From: Candidatus Multivorans sp.
GTDB taxonomy: Bacteria > Acidobacteriota > Thermoanaerobaculia > Multivoradales > Multivoraceae
Direction: 5' to 3'
Assembly: GCA_965247095.1 (NCBI GenBank)
Contig: OZ251997.1
Location: forward strand, 2,464,001 to 2,528,000
DNA: 64,000 nt
Below the pieces are notes generated by a model, which had not been told where the DNA came from, did no database searches, and saw nothing but the letters and a program-made list of their open reading frames with translations. Below, one piece after another: positions 1-9,122 of this stretch (positions are counted from its first letter, which is position 1; each line of letters starts with the position of its first letter). The position numbers were made by a program, and so were the translations under genes.

Positions 1-371
1 TTGACTGCCCGTTGCGTGCAGAGAAAGGCCCCGGTCAGGTTGACCCCGACCACCCGGTTCCATTGTTCGAGGGTCAGCTCTTCCATCGGCACGGGCGGTG
101 CGCCGGTGCCGGCGTTGTTGAACAGCAGGTCCAGCCGGTCGAACGCGCTCGTCAATCTGTCGAACACTGCCTGGACGCCTTCGACCTTGCTTATGTCCGC
201 GGGCGCTATCGAGACCTTGTCGGGATCGCGCGCGCCGCTTTGCGTTTCAGCCAGCCGATCCTCGCGGCGGCCCGCAATGAGCACGTGGTAGCCGTCGTCG
301 ACCAACCCGTGCGTAACGGCGCGGCCGATCCCGCTGCCGCCGCCGGTCACTATTGCGACTTTCTCTGCCAA
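1..371 (-). CDS. SDR family oxidoreductase (runs off window start)
   Basis: Manual minus-strand translation from TTG at 371: [18 protein letters not shown]...DLLFNNAG...VNLTGAFLC (TGxxxGxG and NNAG motifs). Confidence 0.9.
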   Translation of the reverse strand, partial: MAEKVAIVTGGGSGIGRAVTHGLVDDGYHVLIAGRREDRLAETQSGARDPDKVSIAPADISKVEGVQAVFDRLTSAFDRLDLLFNNAGTGAPPVPMEELTLEQWNRVVGVNLTGAFLCTQRAV

Positions 372-446
372 ATCAATGCTCCCCGTTTGCGCAGGCCGAT
401 GATACTAAGCTCTCGCGCCGGAGGGCCTCGAACACATCGGCAGGGT

Positions 447-554
447 CCCGCGATCACCGAGGAGCTGGTGCGGCGAGGTCACAGCGACGAGACGATCCGC
501 AAGTTCCTCGGCGAGAACTACCTCCGAGTCTTCGAGGAGGTCTGGGGGCGCTAA
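447..554 (+). pseudogene. 3'-terminal fragment of membrane dipeptidase (M19)
   Basis: [31 protein letters not shown] resembles the M19 C-terminus (LGxNxLRV); no upstream portion. Confidence 0.7.
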
Positions 555-943
555 GGAGCTCCCGTCGTGTCGGCCCTCTCATGAGCGATCGGCGGTATGG
601 GCCCGGTGGACGGAGACGTTGGTGCTCCGCTCCGCAGCTCTTCACCCAAAAGCCCGCCCTGGACCACCTCGATCGCGCCCGGCCCGGTCGTGTTGTCGGG
701 GCGGGTCACACGGTAGATCGTGGCGCCCTCGTAGTGCCCGCCCGCGACCCAGGCCAGAAAGTTGTTCGCCGAGATCGGAGCGCGGTCGGGGTAGACGCGC
801 ACCTCAATCTCGCCGAGATCGGTGTCCAGGACCACGCCGACGGTGCGTTCCTCAGACTGGCACGCCAGCCCTCCGCAGAAAAGGAGCAGGGCGCCGGCGC
901 GGAGCGCTGCGCCACGCCAAGCGGCACGCGACGCCCGCCGCAT
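551..943 (-). pseudogene. Cyclophilin-type peptidyl-prolyl isomerase, C-terminally truncated (copy 1)
   Basis: Lipoprotein-like signal, TDLGEIEV..YPDRAPISANNFL..Y.G..IYRV...VVQGG..PPIAHE, then ends before the GT-A-AR/SEFFVN half. Confidence 0.85.
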
Positions 944-1001
944 GCGATTCTGCGCCTTCGCCTCGAACGTCGTGGGCTGTCTTACCGCTAAGGTTCTTGG
1001 C

Positions 1002-1082
1002 ATGACCGAGATCCAGACCACGAAGATGTCCTCGAAGGGGCAGGTTGTCATATCCGATGCCATCTGGACGAGGTTGAGGTGA
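1002..1082 (+). pseudogene. AbrB/MazE antitoxin N-terminal remnant
   Basis: MTEIQTTKMSSKGQVVI is the AbrB signature; only 26 aa and no toxin. Confidence 0.7.
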
Positions 1083-1089
1083 TTGGACC

Positions 1090-1872
1090 ATGCGCTTAGA
1101 TCAACAAGTCTGCCTCGTCACGGGCGGCGCCTCCGGAATCGGCAGAGCCACCTGCGAGGCGCTTGCCGCCCGGGGCGCCCATGTCGTCGTCACGGACATC
1201 GACGAAGCCGCGGGGCGGGAAGCCGCGGACGCGGTCAGCGGCGAGTTCGCGCGCCTCGACGTAAGCGACCGAGACGCCTGGACGCGTGTTGTTTCCGAGA
1301 TCGTCAGGGCCCACAGCGGGCTCGATCTGGTCCATCTCAACGCCGGCGTGACGACCTATCCGGCGGCCGGGGGTGACTTTCCTGCCTTCGACATCGCAGC
1401 CATGCCGGCGGACGCCTACCGGCGGGCCATGGGAGCAAACATCGACGGAGTCGTCTTCGGCGTGGGTGCGACCGTACAGGCGCTGGAGAACCGGGGCGGC
1501 GGAGCGATCGTCGTGACGGCCTCGGTTGCTGGGCTCGCAACGTGGGAAGTGGACCCCGTCTACACGATGACCAAGCACGCCGTGGTCGGCCTGGTTCGCG
1601 CTCTCGCACCGTCTCTCGCCCAGCGCGGAATCACGCTCAACGCGATCTGCCCGGCCGCCGTCGCCACCAGGATCTTCGGCCCCGAGGCCGAGGACTTCGT
1701 GAGGGAGGCCGACCTTCGACTCATGCCGCCTTCTCAGGTCGCGGATGCCGTCATCGAGGCAGTGACAGGCGGCGAGACCGGCCAGTGTTGGGTCTGCTAC
1801 AAGGACCGTGATCCGATCCGCTACGTGCCGGCCCCGCTTCCGAGATTGTCCAGCCAATCGCGAACCGCATGA
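1090..1872 (+). CDS. SDR family oxidoreductase
   Basis: TGGASGIG, LNAG, YxxxK (YTMTK); 260 aa. Confidence 0.92.
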   Translation: MRLDQQVCLVTGGASGIGRATCEALAARGAHVVVTDIDEAAGREAADAVSGEFARLDVSDRDAWTRVVSEIVRAHSGLDLVHLNAGVTTYPAAGGDFPAFDIAAMPADAYRRAMGANIDGVVFGVGATVQALENRGGGAIVVTASVAGLATWEVDPVYTMTKHAVVGLVRALAPSLAQRGITLNAICPAAVATRIFGPEAEDFVREADLRLMPPSQVADAVIEAVTGGETGQCWVCYKDRDPIRYVPAPLPRLSSQSRTA

Positions 1873-2393
1873 GCTCCTCCCCCGCCGCGCAGCTACGCGC
1901 CCTTCTCGACGCTCCCGGGCTACAGGTGATGCCCTGCTGCTTCGACGCGCTCTCCGCCCGGCTCATCGAGCAGGCGGGGTTCGAACTGACCTTCATGAGC
2001 GGCTTCGCCGTGTCCGCCAGCCGTCTGGGAATGCCCGACACCGGCCTGATCTCCTTCGGAGAGATGCTCGACCAGGGTCGCAACATCTGTTCGGCCACCC
2101 GGCTGCCCGTAATCGGCGACGGCGACACCGGCTACGGCAATGCGCTGAACGTCAAGCGCACGGTCAGGAGCTACGCGAGCGCCGGGTGTGCCGGCGTGAT
2201 GATCGAGGATCAGATCGCGGCCTACCCGTTGACGCTCCTCTCGGCCGCCACCGCGGCCATGCTCGAGGCGTTGAATGCCATGAGGAACGGAGACCGACCC
2301 GCGAACCGCCTGGACTTCGATCGCCTCCGCGGCATCGTCGGGTTCAAGGACTACGACGCCGAGGCCGAGCGCTACCGCGTGGAGGACGACTGA
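1869..2393 (+). pseudogene. Isocitrate lyase/PEP mutase family protein with in-frame internal deletion (copy 1)
   Basis: DGDTGYG and IEDQ joined directly to IAAYP; about 115 codons including the KRCGH loop are missing relative to the 6825 copy. Confidence 0.88.
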
Positions 2394-2398
2394 CTGCC

Positions 2399-2509
2399 AT
2401 GACCAGGATCTCAAGAAGCGGAGACTGCGGCAACTCCCCGAAGAACAAGCTCCTCAAGGAGCTGGCGATCGCCATCGCTCGCGGCGATTCCTCCGGGTTC
2501 GAAGAGTAG
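2399..2509 (+). pseudogene. N-terminal fragment of NTF2/SnoaL-like protein
   Basis: MTRI...DCGNSPKN motif recalled from small SnoaL-like proteins; 36 aa only. Confidence 0.4.
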
Positions 2510-2607
2510 TGACGAGCGAAGTCGTTTGGCAACCGGCGTCTTCTGCTCGCGTCGGCGTAGCGGCGGTCGGGCCTTGAGTTCGCCGGCGCTGTAGTACGAC
2601 CTGCCGT

Positions 2608-2636
2608 TTGACAGGGCTGCGGCACTGCCGCATAGT
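2608..2636 (+). promoter_or_regulatory. Sigma70-like promoter with palindromic operator for the higBA-like pair
   Basis: TTGACA-17-CATAGT, 5 nt before GTG; perfect IR TGCGGCA-C-TGCCGCA at 2618-2632. Confidence 0.75.
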
Positions 2637-2641
2637 CGGCC

Positions 2642-2971
2642 GTGCGCGTTTTCTTCACCAGGACCTATGAGCAGGCCATCCGCAAGCTCATGTCTGAAGC
2701 AGATCGACGAGCGATGGAGGCTGCCATTGCTGCCGAACCGAGCGCTGCGCCCGTGATCCGCGGGACCGGAGGAATTCGGAAACAGCGGTGGGCTGGGTCT
2801 GGACGAGGTAAACGAGGCGGCGTCCGTACGATCTACTTTTGGCACGCCGGTCCTGGCGCTGTCTACCTGCTGACCGCCTACGCGAAGGCGGATCGGGCCG
2901 ATCTGAGTCCTGCGGACAGGAGGGCGCTCTCCCGCCTTGTGGGCACAATCAAGAAGGAGGAGGACTCATGA
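2642..2971 (+). CDS. RelE/HigB family toxin
   Basis: I.GTGGIRK.RW...GKRGGVR.IYF...VYLLTAYAK. Confidence 0.9.
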   Translation: MRVFFTRTYEQAIRKLMSEADRRAMEAAIAAEPSAAPVIRGTGGIRKQRWAGSGRGKRGGVRTIYFWHAGPGAVYLLTAYAKADRADLSPADRRALSRLVGTIKKEEDS

Positions 2972-3273
2972 CGACTCAGCGAACGGAAACGGGCCGCGAG
3001 GTGGAAGCTGCCCTCGGAGAAGTGCTCGCTCACGTGCGCGGCGAAACGCGACTGCCTTGCCGAATCGTCGACGATCCGACGGCGGAGCGCATCGTTGCGC
3101 TCCGTAAGCGCATGCAGCTCAGTCGCCAGAGCTTCGCGGACCGGTTCGGACTGGATGCCCGCGCCGTGCAGGACTGGGAACAGGGTCGACGAGTCCCGGG
3201 CCGTGCGGCTCGCGTCCTGCTGACTGTCATCGACCGGGAACCGGAGGCGGTCGTGCGTGCCCTCGACGGCTGA
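2968..3273 (+). CDS. HigA-like HTH antitoxin
   Basis: LSRQSFA..FG..AVQDWEQGRRVP..AARVLL; ATGA overlap with toxin. Confidence 0.9.
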   Translation: MTTQRTETGREVEAALGEVLAHVRGETRLPCRIVDDPTAERIVALRKRMQLSRQSFADRFGLDARAVQDWEQGRRVPGRAARVLLTVIDREPEAVVRALDG

Positions 3274-3326
3274 GGGACCGTTACGGTGCGGCGGTCAGGC
3301 GAGGGCGCAGCGTTTCGCCCGCTCTC

Positions 3327-3385
3327 TCAATCTACCTCCCACTTCCCGGCTTCTTCCATCGCCTCCCGGTAAGCCAGCAGGCAGT
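3327..3385 (-). repeat. Diverged duplicate of the MFS gene 3' end (matches 4422-4480)
   Basis: Encodes CLLAYREAMEEAGKWEVD* versus CLSAYRKAMEEAGKWEVD*. Confidence 0.9.
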
Positions 3386-3424
3386 CAAGCCCAGCGAACC
3401 CTTCTACGGTTAGCATCCGCGGCG

Positions 3425-3525
3425 ATGCATGACGCCCCTGGACTCGTTGCGCCCCCTGTCGGCATCCTCGACAACCGCTCCCGCGGCGCGGCCGGAGACT
3501 TCCTGAAAGCGCACCTCAAGGAACG
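3425..3525 (+). pseudogene. Possible N-terminal remnant of an SNF2/PLD helicase of RM-like loci
   Basis: GILDNRSRGAAGDFLKAHL resembles the start of such helicases (from memory). Confidence 0.3.
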
Positions 3526-3553
3526 TCGAAGACGTCGACTTCATCGGCCAGCC

Positions 3554-3862
3554 CGGTGAAGACAACGGCCTGTTTCTGACCATCCGGAGGTCGAAGACCG
3601 ACCAGACCGCGAAGGGGCAGCGCATCGCGATACCGGCGGGAAAGGGACTGAACGCCGTGTCGCGCCTGCGACGATGGCTGGCGCTCGTCCGGGCTACAGA
3701 GGGGCCGCTGTTCGAGTCCCTATGGCGCGGCGGGCGACTTCGCGGCCGCCGCTTGCACCATTCGGACATCCCGCGCCTAGTCAAGCACTACGTCCAGGCG
3801 ATCGGGCTCGATCCGGCCGAGTACTCGGGGCATTCCCTGCGCGCCGGTTTCGTCACCAACGC
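3554..3862 (+). pseudogene. Tyrosine recombinase/integrase core fragment
   Basis: LTIRRSKTDQ..GQRIAIP...GPLF...YSGHSLRAGFVT (box II H-x-x-R); lacks N-terminus and catalytic Tyr region. Confidence 0.88.
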
Positions 3863-3919
3863 GCCCGGCAGTTCCCGCTGCCCAGGGGTAGGCCAATGGC
3901 CTATACGATCGGGATGGGA

Positions 3920-4029
3920 CCTACGTCGTCGTCTACACGATACGGGGTTCGGCAACCCGCATTATCTCGGCCCGCAAGGCCAACAGGAAGGAGGTCGCGA
4001 ACCATGAGCACAACGCGCGTCAGGATTGA
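3920..4029 (+). pseudogene. BrnT-family toxin C-terminal remnant
   Basis: VVVYTIRGSATRIISARKANRKE (RIISAR motif), overlapping the next gene. Confidence 0.8.
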
Positions 4030-4339
4030 TCCCGACGATCCGGCGACCTTTCCCGAAGGGAGGATCGACGCTGCGAAGGTGGACAGCACCACCGAGGCGG
4101 AGATCGGCTTGCAGCAGCGCGAGGATGACGCCGAGGCGATGCAAGACGTGGCGCGGTACGCGCGCCGGGTCCGCCGGCGGCTGGGGCTCAGTCAGACAGA
4201 GTTTGCGCGGCGCATCGACGTGCCGCACGAGACGATCCGCAACTGGGAACAGGGGAAGCGCTGCCCGACCGGCGCGGCGCGCGCCCTGTTGCGAGTGCTC
4301 GACAAGGCTCCCGAGACCGCGCTGCGGGTGCTGACCTGA
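4004..4339 (+). CDS. HTH (Xre/HigA-like) antitoxin, orphaned
   Basis: LGLSQTEFA..I.VP.ETIRNWEQGKRCPTGAARALL; GGAGG RBS. Confidence 0.85.
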   Translation: MSTTRVRIDPDDPATFPEGRIDAAKVDSTTEAEIGLQQREDDAEAMQDVARYARRVRRRLGLSQTEFARRIDVPHETIRNWEQGKRCPTGAARALLRVLDKAPETALRVLT

Positions 4340-4421
4340 AAAGGCGGAGTCCCGGAACGGCAGGCCGCGGACCATGCGCGAGTAAAAGACGAAGCGGCCC
4401 AAGCGGACGCTGCGCTCCCCC

Positions 4422-4733
4422 TCAATCCACCTCCCACTTCCCAGCCTCTTCCATGGCCTTCCGGTACGCCGACAGGCAGTACCAGAACAGGATCGCCCCG
4501 GCCGGCTTGAAGATCGCCTGCATGGTGGCGAGCGAGTAGTGGACTTTGCCGTCGTCCTGGAACAGGAAGTCGGTGAACGCGGCCAGGGTGCTGGTGCCAA
4601 GGGCCATGCCGAAGCAGCGAAAGGATGTTGCGGTCGAGGAACGACAGCACGTAGGCGAGGAACAGGAGCACGACCCCGTAGTTGGCGGCGCCCACGGAGG
4701 GGTAGTCGGACTCGGGCTTCGCCACTGCCGCAC
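4422..4733 (-). pseudogene. MFS transporter (spinster-like) reduced to first and last helices
   Basis: N-terminal LAYVLSFLDRNILSLL fused out of frame to C-terminal GMALG...FTDFLF...GKWEVD*. Confidence 0.8.
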
Positions 4734-5117
4734 TCACTCCAGACGCGTTACCGAGGCTCGCAACCATTCGTCCAGCGCGTCCCGATCCAGCGTCCCCGCC
4801 TCGAGCCCACCGATCAGGAACATGTACGCCTCACCATCGTCGACCACGAGCCTCCAACCGTTCATGCGCAGGAAGACATCCGTCGCGAAGAAGGCCACGC
4901 GCTTGTTGCCGTCAACGAAGGCGTGGTTGATGAGCAACGACTCGAACAGCGCCGCAGCCATGGCCACCACGTCTTCGTAGTAGCCCGACTGCGGCCGGAA
5001 GAGCGCACTCTCAGCCAGACCAAGGTCGCGCGCGCCGGTTGAACCGCCGAAGCGCACGATGAGGCGTTCGTGGATCGCCAGCAGTTCGTCGAGCGTAAGG
5101 AACTGGACCCTGTCCAT
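4734..5117 (-). CDS. doc: Fic/Doc (death-on-curing) toxin
   Basis: HAFVDGNKR Doc motif; RD.GL.ESA..RP. Confidence 0.92.
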   Translation of the reverse strand: MDRVQFLTLDELLAIHERLIVRFGGSTGARDLGLAESALFRPQSGYYEDVVAMAAALFESLLINHAFVDGNKRVAFFATDVFLRMNGWRLVVDDGEAYMFLIGGLEAGTLDRDALDEWLRASVTRLE

Positions 5118-5138
5118 CGATCGGCGACGGAGAACGCG

Positions 5139-5351
5139 CTACCGCGCGAGGAGCTTTCCCAGCTCGTCGTTCTCGCGCATCGAGTCCTCCAGATGCCGCA
5201 GCACATCCGGCCGTACGCGGCGCCGGGCCAGGTACTCCTCCACCGCCTCGGATAGCAGTCCTGAAACGGTCCGCCTGGTTTCCTTCGCCAGGTCGTGGAG
5301 TTCGCTCCAGGCCGCCTCGTCCACCTTCGAGCTGATCTTGATCGCCGACAT
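5139..5351 (-). CDS. Ribbon-helix-helix antitoxin partner of Doc
   Basis: 70 aa with RHH pattern (KISSKVD..W..L..LA...VSGLLSEAV), GGAGG RBS, directly upstream of doc. Confidence 0.8.
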   Translation of the reverse strand: MSAIKISSKVDEAAWSELHDLAKETRRTVSGLLSEAVEEYLARRRVRPDVLRHLEDSMRENDELGKLLAR

Positions 5352-5382
5352 CGGTTCGCCTCCTGTCTCCTCTATCCGCCGG

Positions 5383-5412
5383 AGCATGACGTGTCATGAC
5401 ACGTCAGGTCAA
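5383..5412 (-). promoter_or_regulatory. Promoter with perfect 20-bp palindromic operator
   Basis: TTGACC-18-CATGCT on minus strand; TGACGTGTCATGACACGTCA at 5387-5406. Confidence 0.75.
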
Positions 5413-5419
5413 GCTCCCT

Positions 5420-5831
5420 TCACGCCCTTTGCCGCACCACCCGCCCGAAGGTCGCGTAGCCCTGGCCGTGGGGCTGGCGCATCGTGTTGCCGGTATCGAG
5501 TGCCGGATTGTCGGCGATGTTCACGAAGAACTCCGAATCGGCGGTTCCGGGCTCGAGCCGCGCGTAGGCGACGGTACCGCGCTCATTCAGGATGCCCGTC
5601 ACGGTAGAAGGTTGCGCCCTCGTAGTGCCCGCCCTCGACCCAGGCCAGAAAGTTGTTCGCCGAGATCGGAGCGCGGTCGGGGTAGACACGCACCTCGATC
5701 TGGCCGAGATCCGTGTCCAGAACCACGCCGACGGTGCGATCCGCAGGCTGGCACGCCAGCCCTCCGACGAGAGCGAGCAGGGCGCCGGCAAACAGCGCTG
5801 CGTCGCGCCAGAGTGTTCTCGTGATCTCCAT
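5420..5831 (-). pseudogene. Cyclophilin-type PPIase with internal deletion and frameshift (copy 2)
   Basis: N-half nearly identical to the 551-943 copy; jumps from FYR to TGILNERGTVAYAR..ADSEFFVN..GYATFGRVV. Confidence 0.85.
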
Positions 5832-5864
5832 CCCGCGGCTAAATGGCGCCGGCCTCGCTCCCTC

Positions 5865-6419
5865 CTAACGGTCGACCTCAGACCCAATCTCCCGAAGCAG
5901 ATCCGCGCAGCCGAGCTCGTCCGCAAGCTCCTCGAGCAGCCCCTCATCCGTCGGTGTCGGATCGAGGAGCATTCCAAGCACATCGCCTCGGCTCTTGGCG
6001 CTTCCCCTCTTCACCCAGAGGAGCTTCGACAGGATGGCATCTTCCTTCGACACGATCCTCACAGCGAGACCTTCGAAGAGCTCGACCCTCTGGCTACGGT
6101 CTAGTTCTCCCGGAACGTCCTCACCGACGTGAAAGTCGGCCTTGATCATCAGCTCTCGGTGAAGGGCCTGGAACATGCCACCCGCCTCTACAGCTCGGGC
6201 CACCCGTTCACGATCGAGCAGGAACTCGCGACTCAGCTCTTGCGAGAGCGCTCCGGCATCCGACAGCGTGAGCCGGACGACGAAGTCGACATCCTGGGTC
6301 AAACGCGGTTCGCCGTAGAACGACGAAACCAGTCCGCCAGTGACGTGGTACGGGATGTTCCGGCCCTGAAGCACCGTGACCACCGCCTCCAGGACGAGGC
6401 GCAGCCCGCCGACCTTCAT
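5865..6419 (-). CDS. Nucleotidyltransferase-like protein (putative TA component)
   Basis: YHVTGG..SS.YGEPRLTQDVD (DxD), SKEDAILSKL.W. Confidence 0.8.
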   Translation of the reverse strand: MKVGGLRLVLEAVVTVLQGRNIPYHVTGGLVSSFYGEPRLTQDVDFVVRLTLSDAGALSQELSREFLLDRERVARAVEAGGMFQALHRELMIKADFHVGEDVPGELDRSQRVELFEGLAVRIVSKEDAILSKLLWVKRGSAKSRGDVLGMLLDPTPTDEGLLEELADELGCADLLREIGSEVDR

Positions 6420-6643
6420 GAATCGAGAAGCGACAGCAGGCGCAGCGTCTCGCGGTCCGACCGATAGAGCTGTTCGGCAACTCGCCTCGTCACTTCGGGC
6501 GGCGCCAACTGCGGATTGCTGGCCACGATCTTGCGCGCGAGCATCTCCCGCACCTCGGAAAACAGGTCAGCCGACCTCTCGACTCGCCGCAGTCCCGACC
6601 AGCTAGCAATCGCCTCACGATACTGCTCTTCGACGCCGCTCAC
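6416..6643 (-). CDS. Small partner protein of the nucleotidyltransferase
   Basis: 75 aa, ATGA-coupled; TAAGCT -10 lies 6 nt before the GTG. Confidence 0.7.
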   Translation of the reverse strand: MSGVEEQYREAIASWSGLRRVERSADLFSEVREMLARKIVASNPQLAPPEVTRRVAEQLYRSDRETLRLLSLLDS

Positions 6644-6684
6644 AGAGGCAGCTTAACACCGGCACATCGCCCGACGGAGGCGGT

Positions 6685-6771
6685 TTACTCCAGAGAGCCA
6701 AGCGCGACGAGCCCGGTGATGTGGTGAATGCCCCGGACCGGTGAAGGGGCGAGCGCCTTGAATTCAGCCAT
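6685..6771 (-). pseudogene. VOC/glyoxalase N-terminal remnant
   Basis: AAGGAG RBS, MAEFKALAPSPVRGIHHIT then diverges to a stop. Confidence 0.55.
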
Positions 6772-6824
6772 GAGTTCTCCTTGCTCTGTTCGGTAGCGAA
6801 GCAGATGTTACGTTCCTGAGCAGC

Positions 6825-7713
6825 ATGAGTTCCTCCCCCGCCGCGCGTCTACGCGCCCTTCTCGACGCCCCCGGGCTCCAGGTGATGCCCTGCTGCTTCG
6901 ATGCGCTCTCCGCCCGGCTCATCGAACAGGCAGGATTCCCGCTGACCTTCATGAGCGGGTTCGCCGTGTCCGCCAGCCGCCTCGGAATGCCGGACACCGG
7001 CCTGATCTCCTTCGGAGAGATGCTCGACCAGGGTCGCAACATCTGTTCGGCCACCCGACTGCCCACAATCGGCGACGGCGACACCGGCTACGGCAACGCC
7101 CTGAACGTCAAGCGCACGGTGAAGAGCTACGCAAGCGCCGGTTTCGCGGGTGTGATGATCGAGGACCAGGAAGCGCCCAAGCGGTGCGGGCACACGAGGG
7201 GCAAGCGCGTCGTCTCCCGAGCCGAGGCGGTGTCGCGGATCCAAGCCGCGGTGGACGCGCGCGAGGAGGGTGGACGCGCGCGAGGAGGGCGCGGACATTC
7301 TGGTCGTGGCACGCACCGACGCCCGCGCCACCGACGGATTCGACGAGGCCCTGGCCCGCTGCCAGGCCTTTGCGGACGTCGGCGCCGACGTCCTCTTCCT
7401 GGAGGCCCCGCAGTCGGAGAGCGAGATGATCGCGTTCTGCGAGGCGATCCCCGGTCCGAAGATGGCGAACCTGGTCGAGGGGGGCGACACGCCGCTCCTG
7501 CCGCCCGAGCGGCTCGAGGAGATCGGCTACAAGATCGCGGCCTACCCGCTGACGCTCCTCTCCGCCGCCACCGCAGCCATGCTCGATGCCTTGCATGCCC
7601 TGAAGAACGGGGACCGCCCCACCCGCCTCGTGGACTTCGATCGTCTTCGCGACATCGTCGGGTTCGAGGGCTACGACGCCGAGGCCGAGCGCTACCGTGT
7701 GGAGGACGACTGA
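6825..7713 (+). pseudogene. Isocitrate lyase/PEP mutase family protein frameshifted by a 19-bp tandem duplication (copy 2)
   Basis: DGDTGYG, IEDQ..PKRCGH, ARTDA, GAD.LFLEA; GTGGACGCGCGCGAGGAGG repeated at 7251-7269 and 7270-7288. Confidence 0.9.
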
Positions 7714-7760
7714 CCGGGCGTGCGCTGGGCCTGCTCGAGGCGTCGGCCCGACAGCTACTC

Positions 7761-8096
7761 TCAACGCCGTTCGATGCCGACGGCTCTCGCCAGAGCATCG
7801 TCCAAGTCGACCATTCTGGCGGGCGGCAGCTCGGTAACGAAGCCAGTGAGCTTCGACTTGAACATCAGAGCAAGGAAGTCGCAGCGGATCGAACAGTCTG
7901 TTGGCAGGCCATCGGCCGGGCCCACAGCGACATCTGTCGAAAGGCCCAGGTGCTCCCCATAGAGCGGAGCACAAGAAACAGTCGAGATGTCCTCGTTCTC
8001 GGCAATGAAAGGGCGCGACACGACGACGTAGAAGCCCGGCTTGCCACCCCTTTCCGGCATCCGTTCCCGGGTTCGGTAGATCGCTCCTCGCTTCAA
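7761..8096 (-). CDS. PemK/MazF family toxin
   Basis: MKRGAIY...GKP..YVVVS...CAPL...DGLP.DC.I.CD. Confidence 0.85.
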   Translation of the reverse strand: MKRGAIYRTRERMPERGGKPGFYVVVSRPFIAENEDISTVSCAPLYGEHLGLSTDVAVGPADGLPTDCSIRCDFLALMFKSKLTGFVTELPPARMVDLDDALARAVGIERR

Positions 8097-8329
8097 GCCT
8101 GTGCCTGTTCGGCGACGAGGGCCGCCAGTTCCTCTCCCAGGGTTTCCTTGTGCCGCCGGATGATCCGCCGCTCTCGGTCTTCCTCGAGCAGGCGCTGTTC
8201 ACGAGCCACGTATCCGGCAAGAGCATCCCTCACCAGAGCGGAACGACTGGAGTAGCGATCAGGGATCGAGGCCAACTCATCGATACGGTCCAGCGTCTCT
8301 TCGTCGATGGTCACGGCTATTGTCTTCAT
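8093..8329 (-). CDS. CopG/RHH antitoxin
   Basis: MKTIAVTIDEETL..ID...SRSALVRDAL. Confidence 0.85.
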   Translation of the reverse strand: MKTIAVTIDEETLDRIDELASIPDRYSSRSALVRDALAGYVAREQRLLEEDRERRIIRRHKETLGEELAALVAEQAQA

Positions 8330-8336
8330 ATTGGGA

Positions 8337-8366
8337 ACAGTATTGGCATGAGGCAAGCCGTGTCAA
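8337..8366 (-). promoter_or_regulatory. Sigma70-like promoter giving a probable leaderless transcript
   Basis: TTGACA-18-TACTGT, 7 nt before ATG 8329; no SD. Confidence 0.7.
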
Positions 8367-8407
8367 TATCGGCAGCCTCGCCGGGCCACCGCCGTGACCG
8401 CTGCCGT

Positions 8408-9063
8408 CTACCGTGGCCACAGGTCGAGGCCACCGTTCGGACGATCGAGAACGGCAGTTGGAGCAGCCTGTGGTTCTCGGACCACTTTCTGCCGCCGGGC
8501 GATCCCAGTTCCGAGCACAAGTCGGCGCTCGAGGTCTGGACGTTGATCACCGCGGCGGCGGTGCTGACCGAGCGATTGCGGCTGGGAACACTCGCCTGCG
8601 GCATCACCTACCGCAATCCGGCACTGCTGGCGAAGATATGCGCCAGCGTCGACCACATCAGCGGCGGACGCATGGAACTGGGGATCGGCGCCGCCTGGTT
8701 CGAGCGTGAGCACCAGGCCTACGGCTGGGACTTCCCCAGTGTTCGCGAGCGCTGCGATCGCCTGGAGGAGACGGCTCAGCTCATCCGTCTGCTGTTCACC
8801 AAGAAGGACGACGAGAAGGTCACGTTCGAGGGGCGCCACTACCGCCTGGACGAAGCGCCCCTCGCGCCGGGTTCGACCAGGCCGCGTTCTACCCGAAAGC
8901 CCCACATCCCGATCCTGATCGGCGGCAACGGCGAGAAGCGGACGCTTCGCACATGCGCCCGTTACTCGAGGCAGGCGCCGAGGAGATCATCCTGTGCGGC
9001 GTCCCCAACCAGCCGGAGGCGTGGCAACAGATCGACCAGGAGATCCTGACCGCGTTCGATTGA
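8408..9063 (+). pseudogene. LLM-class flavin/F420-dependent oxidoreductase, start lost and internal deletion
   Basis: SLWFSDHF, RLRLGT..GITYRNPALLAK..VDHISGGR.ELGIGAAW, IPILIGG.GEKRTL; C-tail in another frame. Confidence 0.85.
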
Positions 9064-9122
9064 GACCGCTCGGGCTAGACTCGCCCCAATCCCCCGGACT
9101 CCCACCAGGCAAGGAAGATCCC

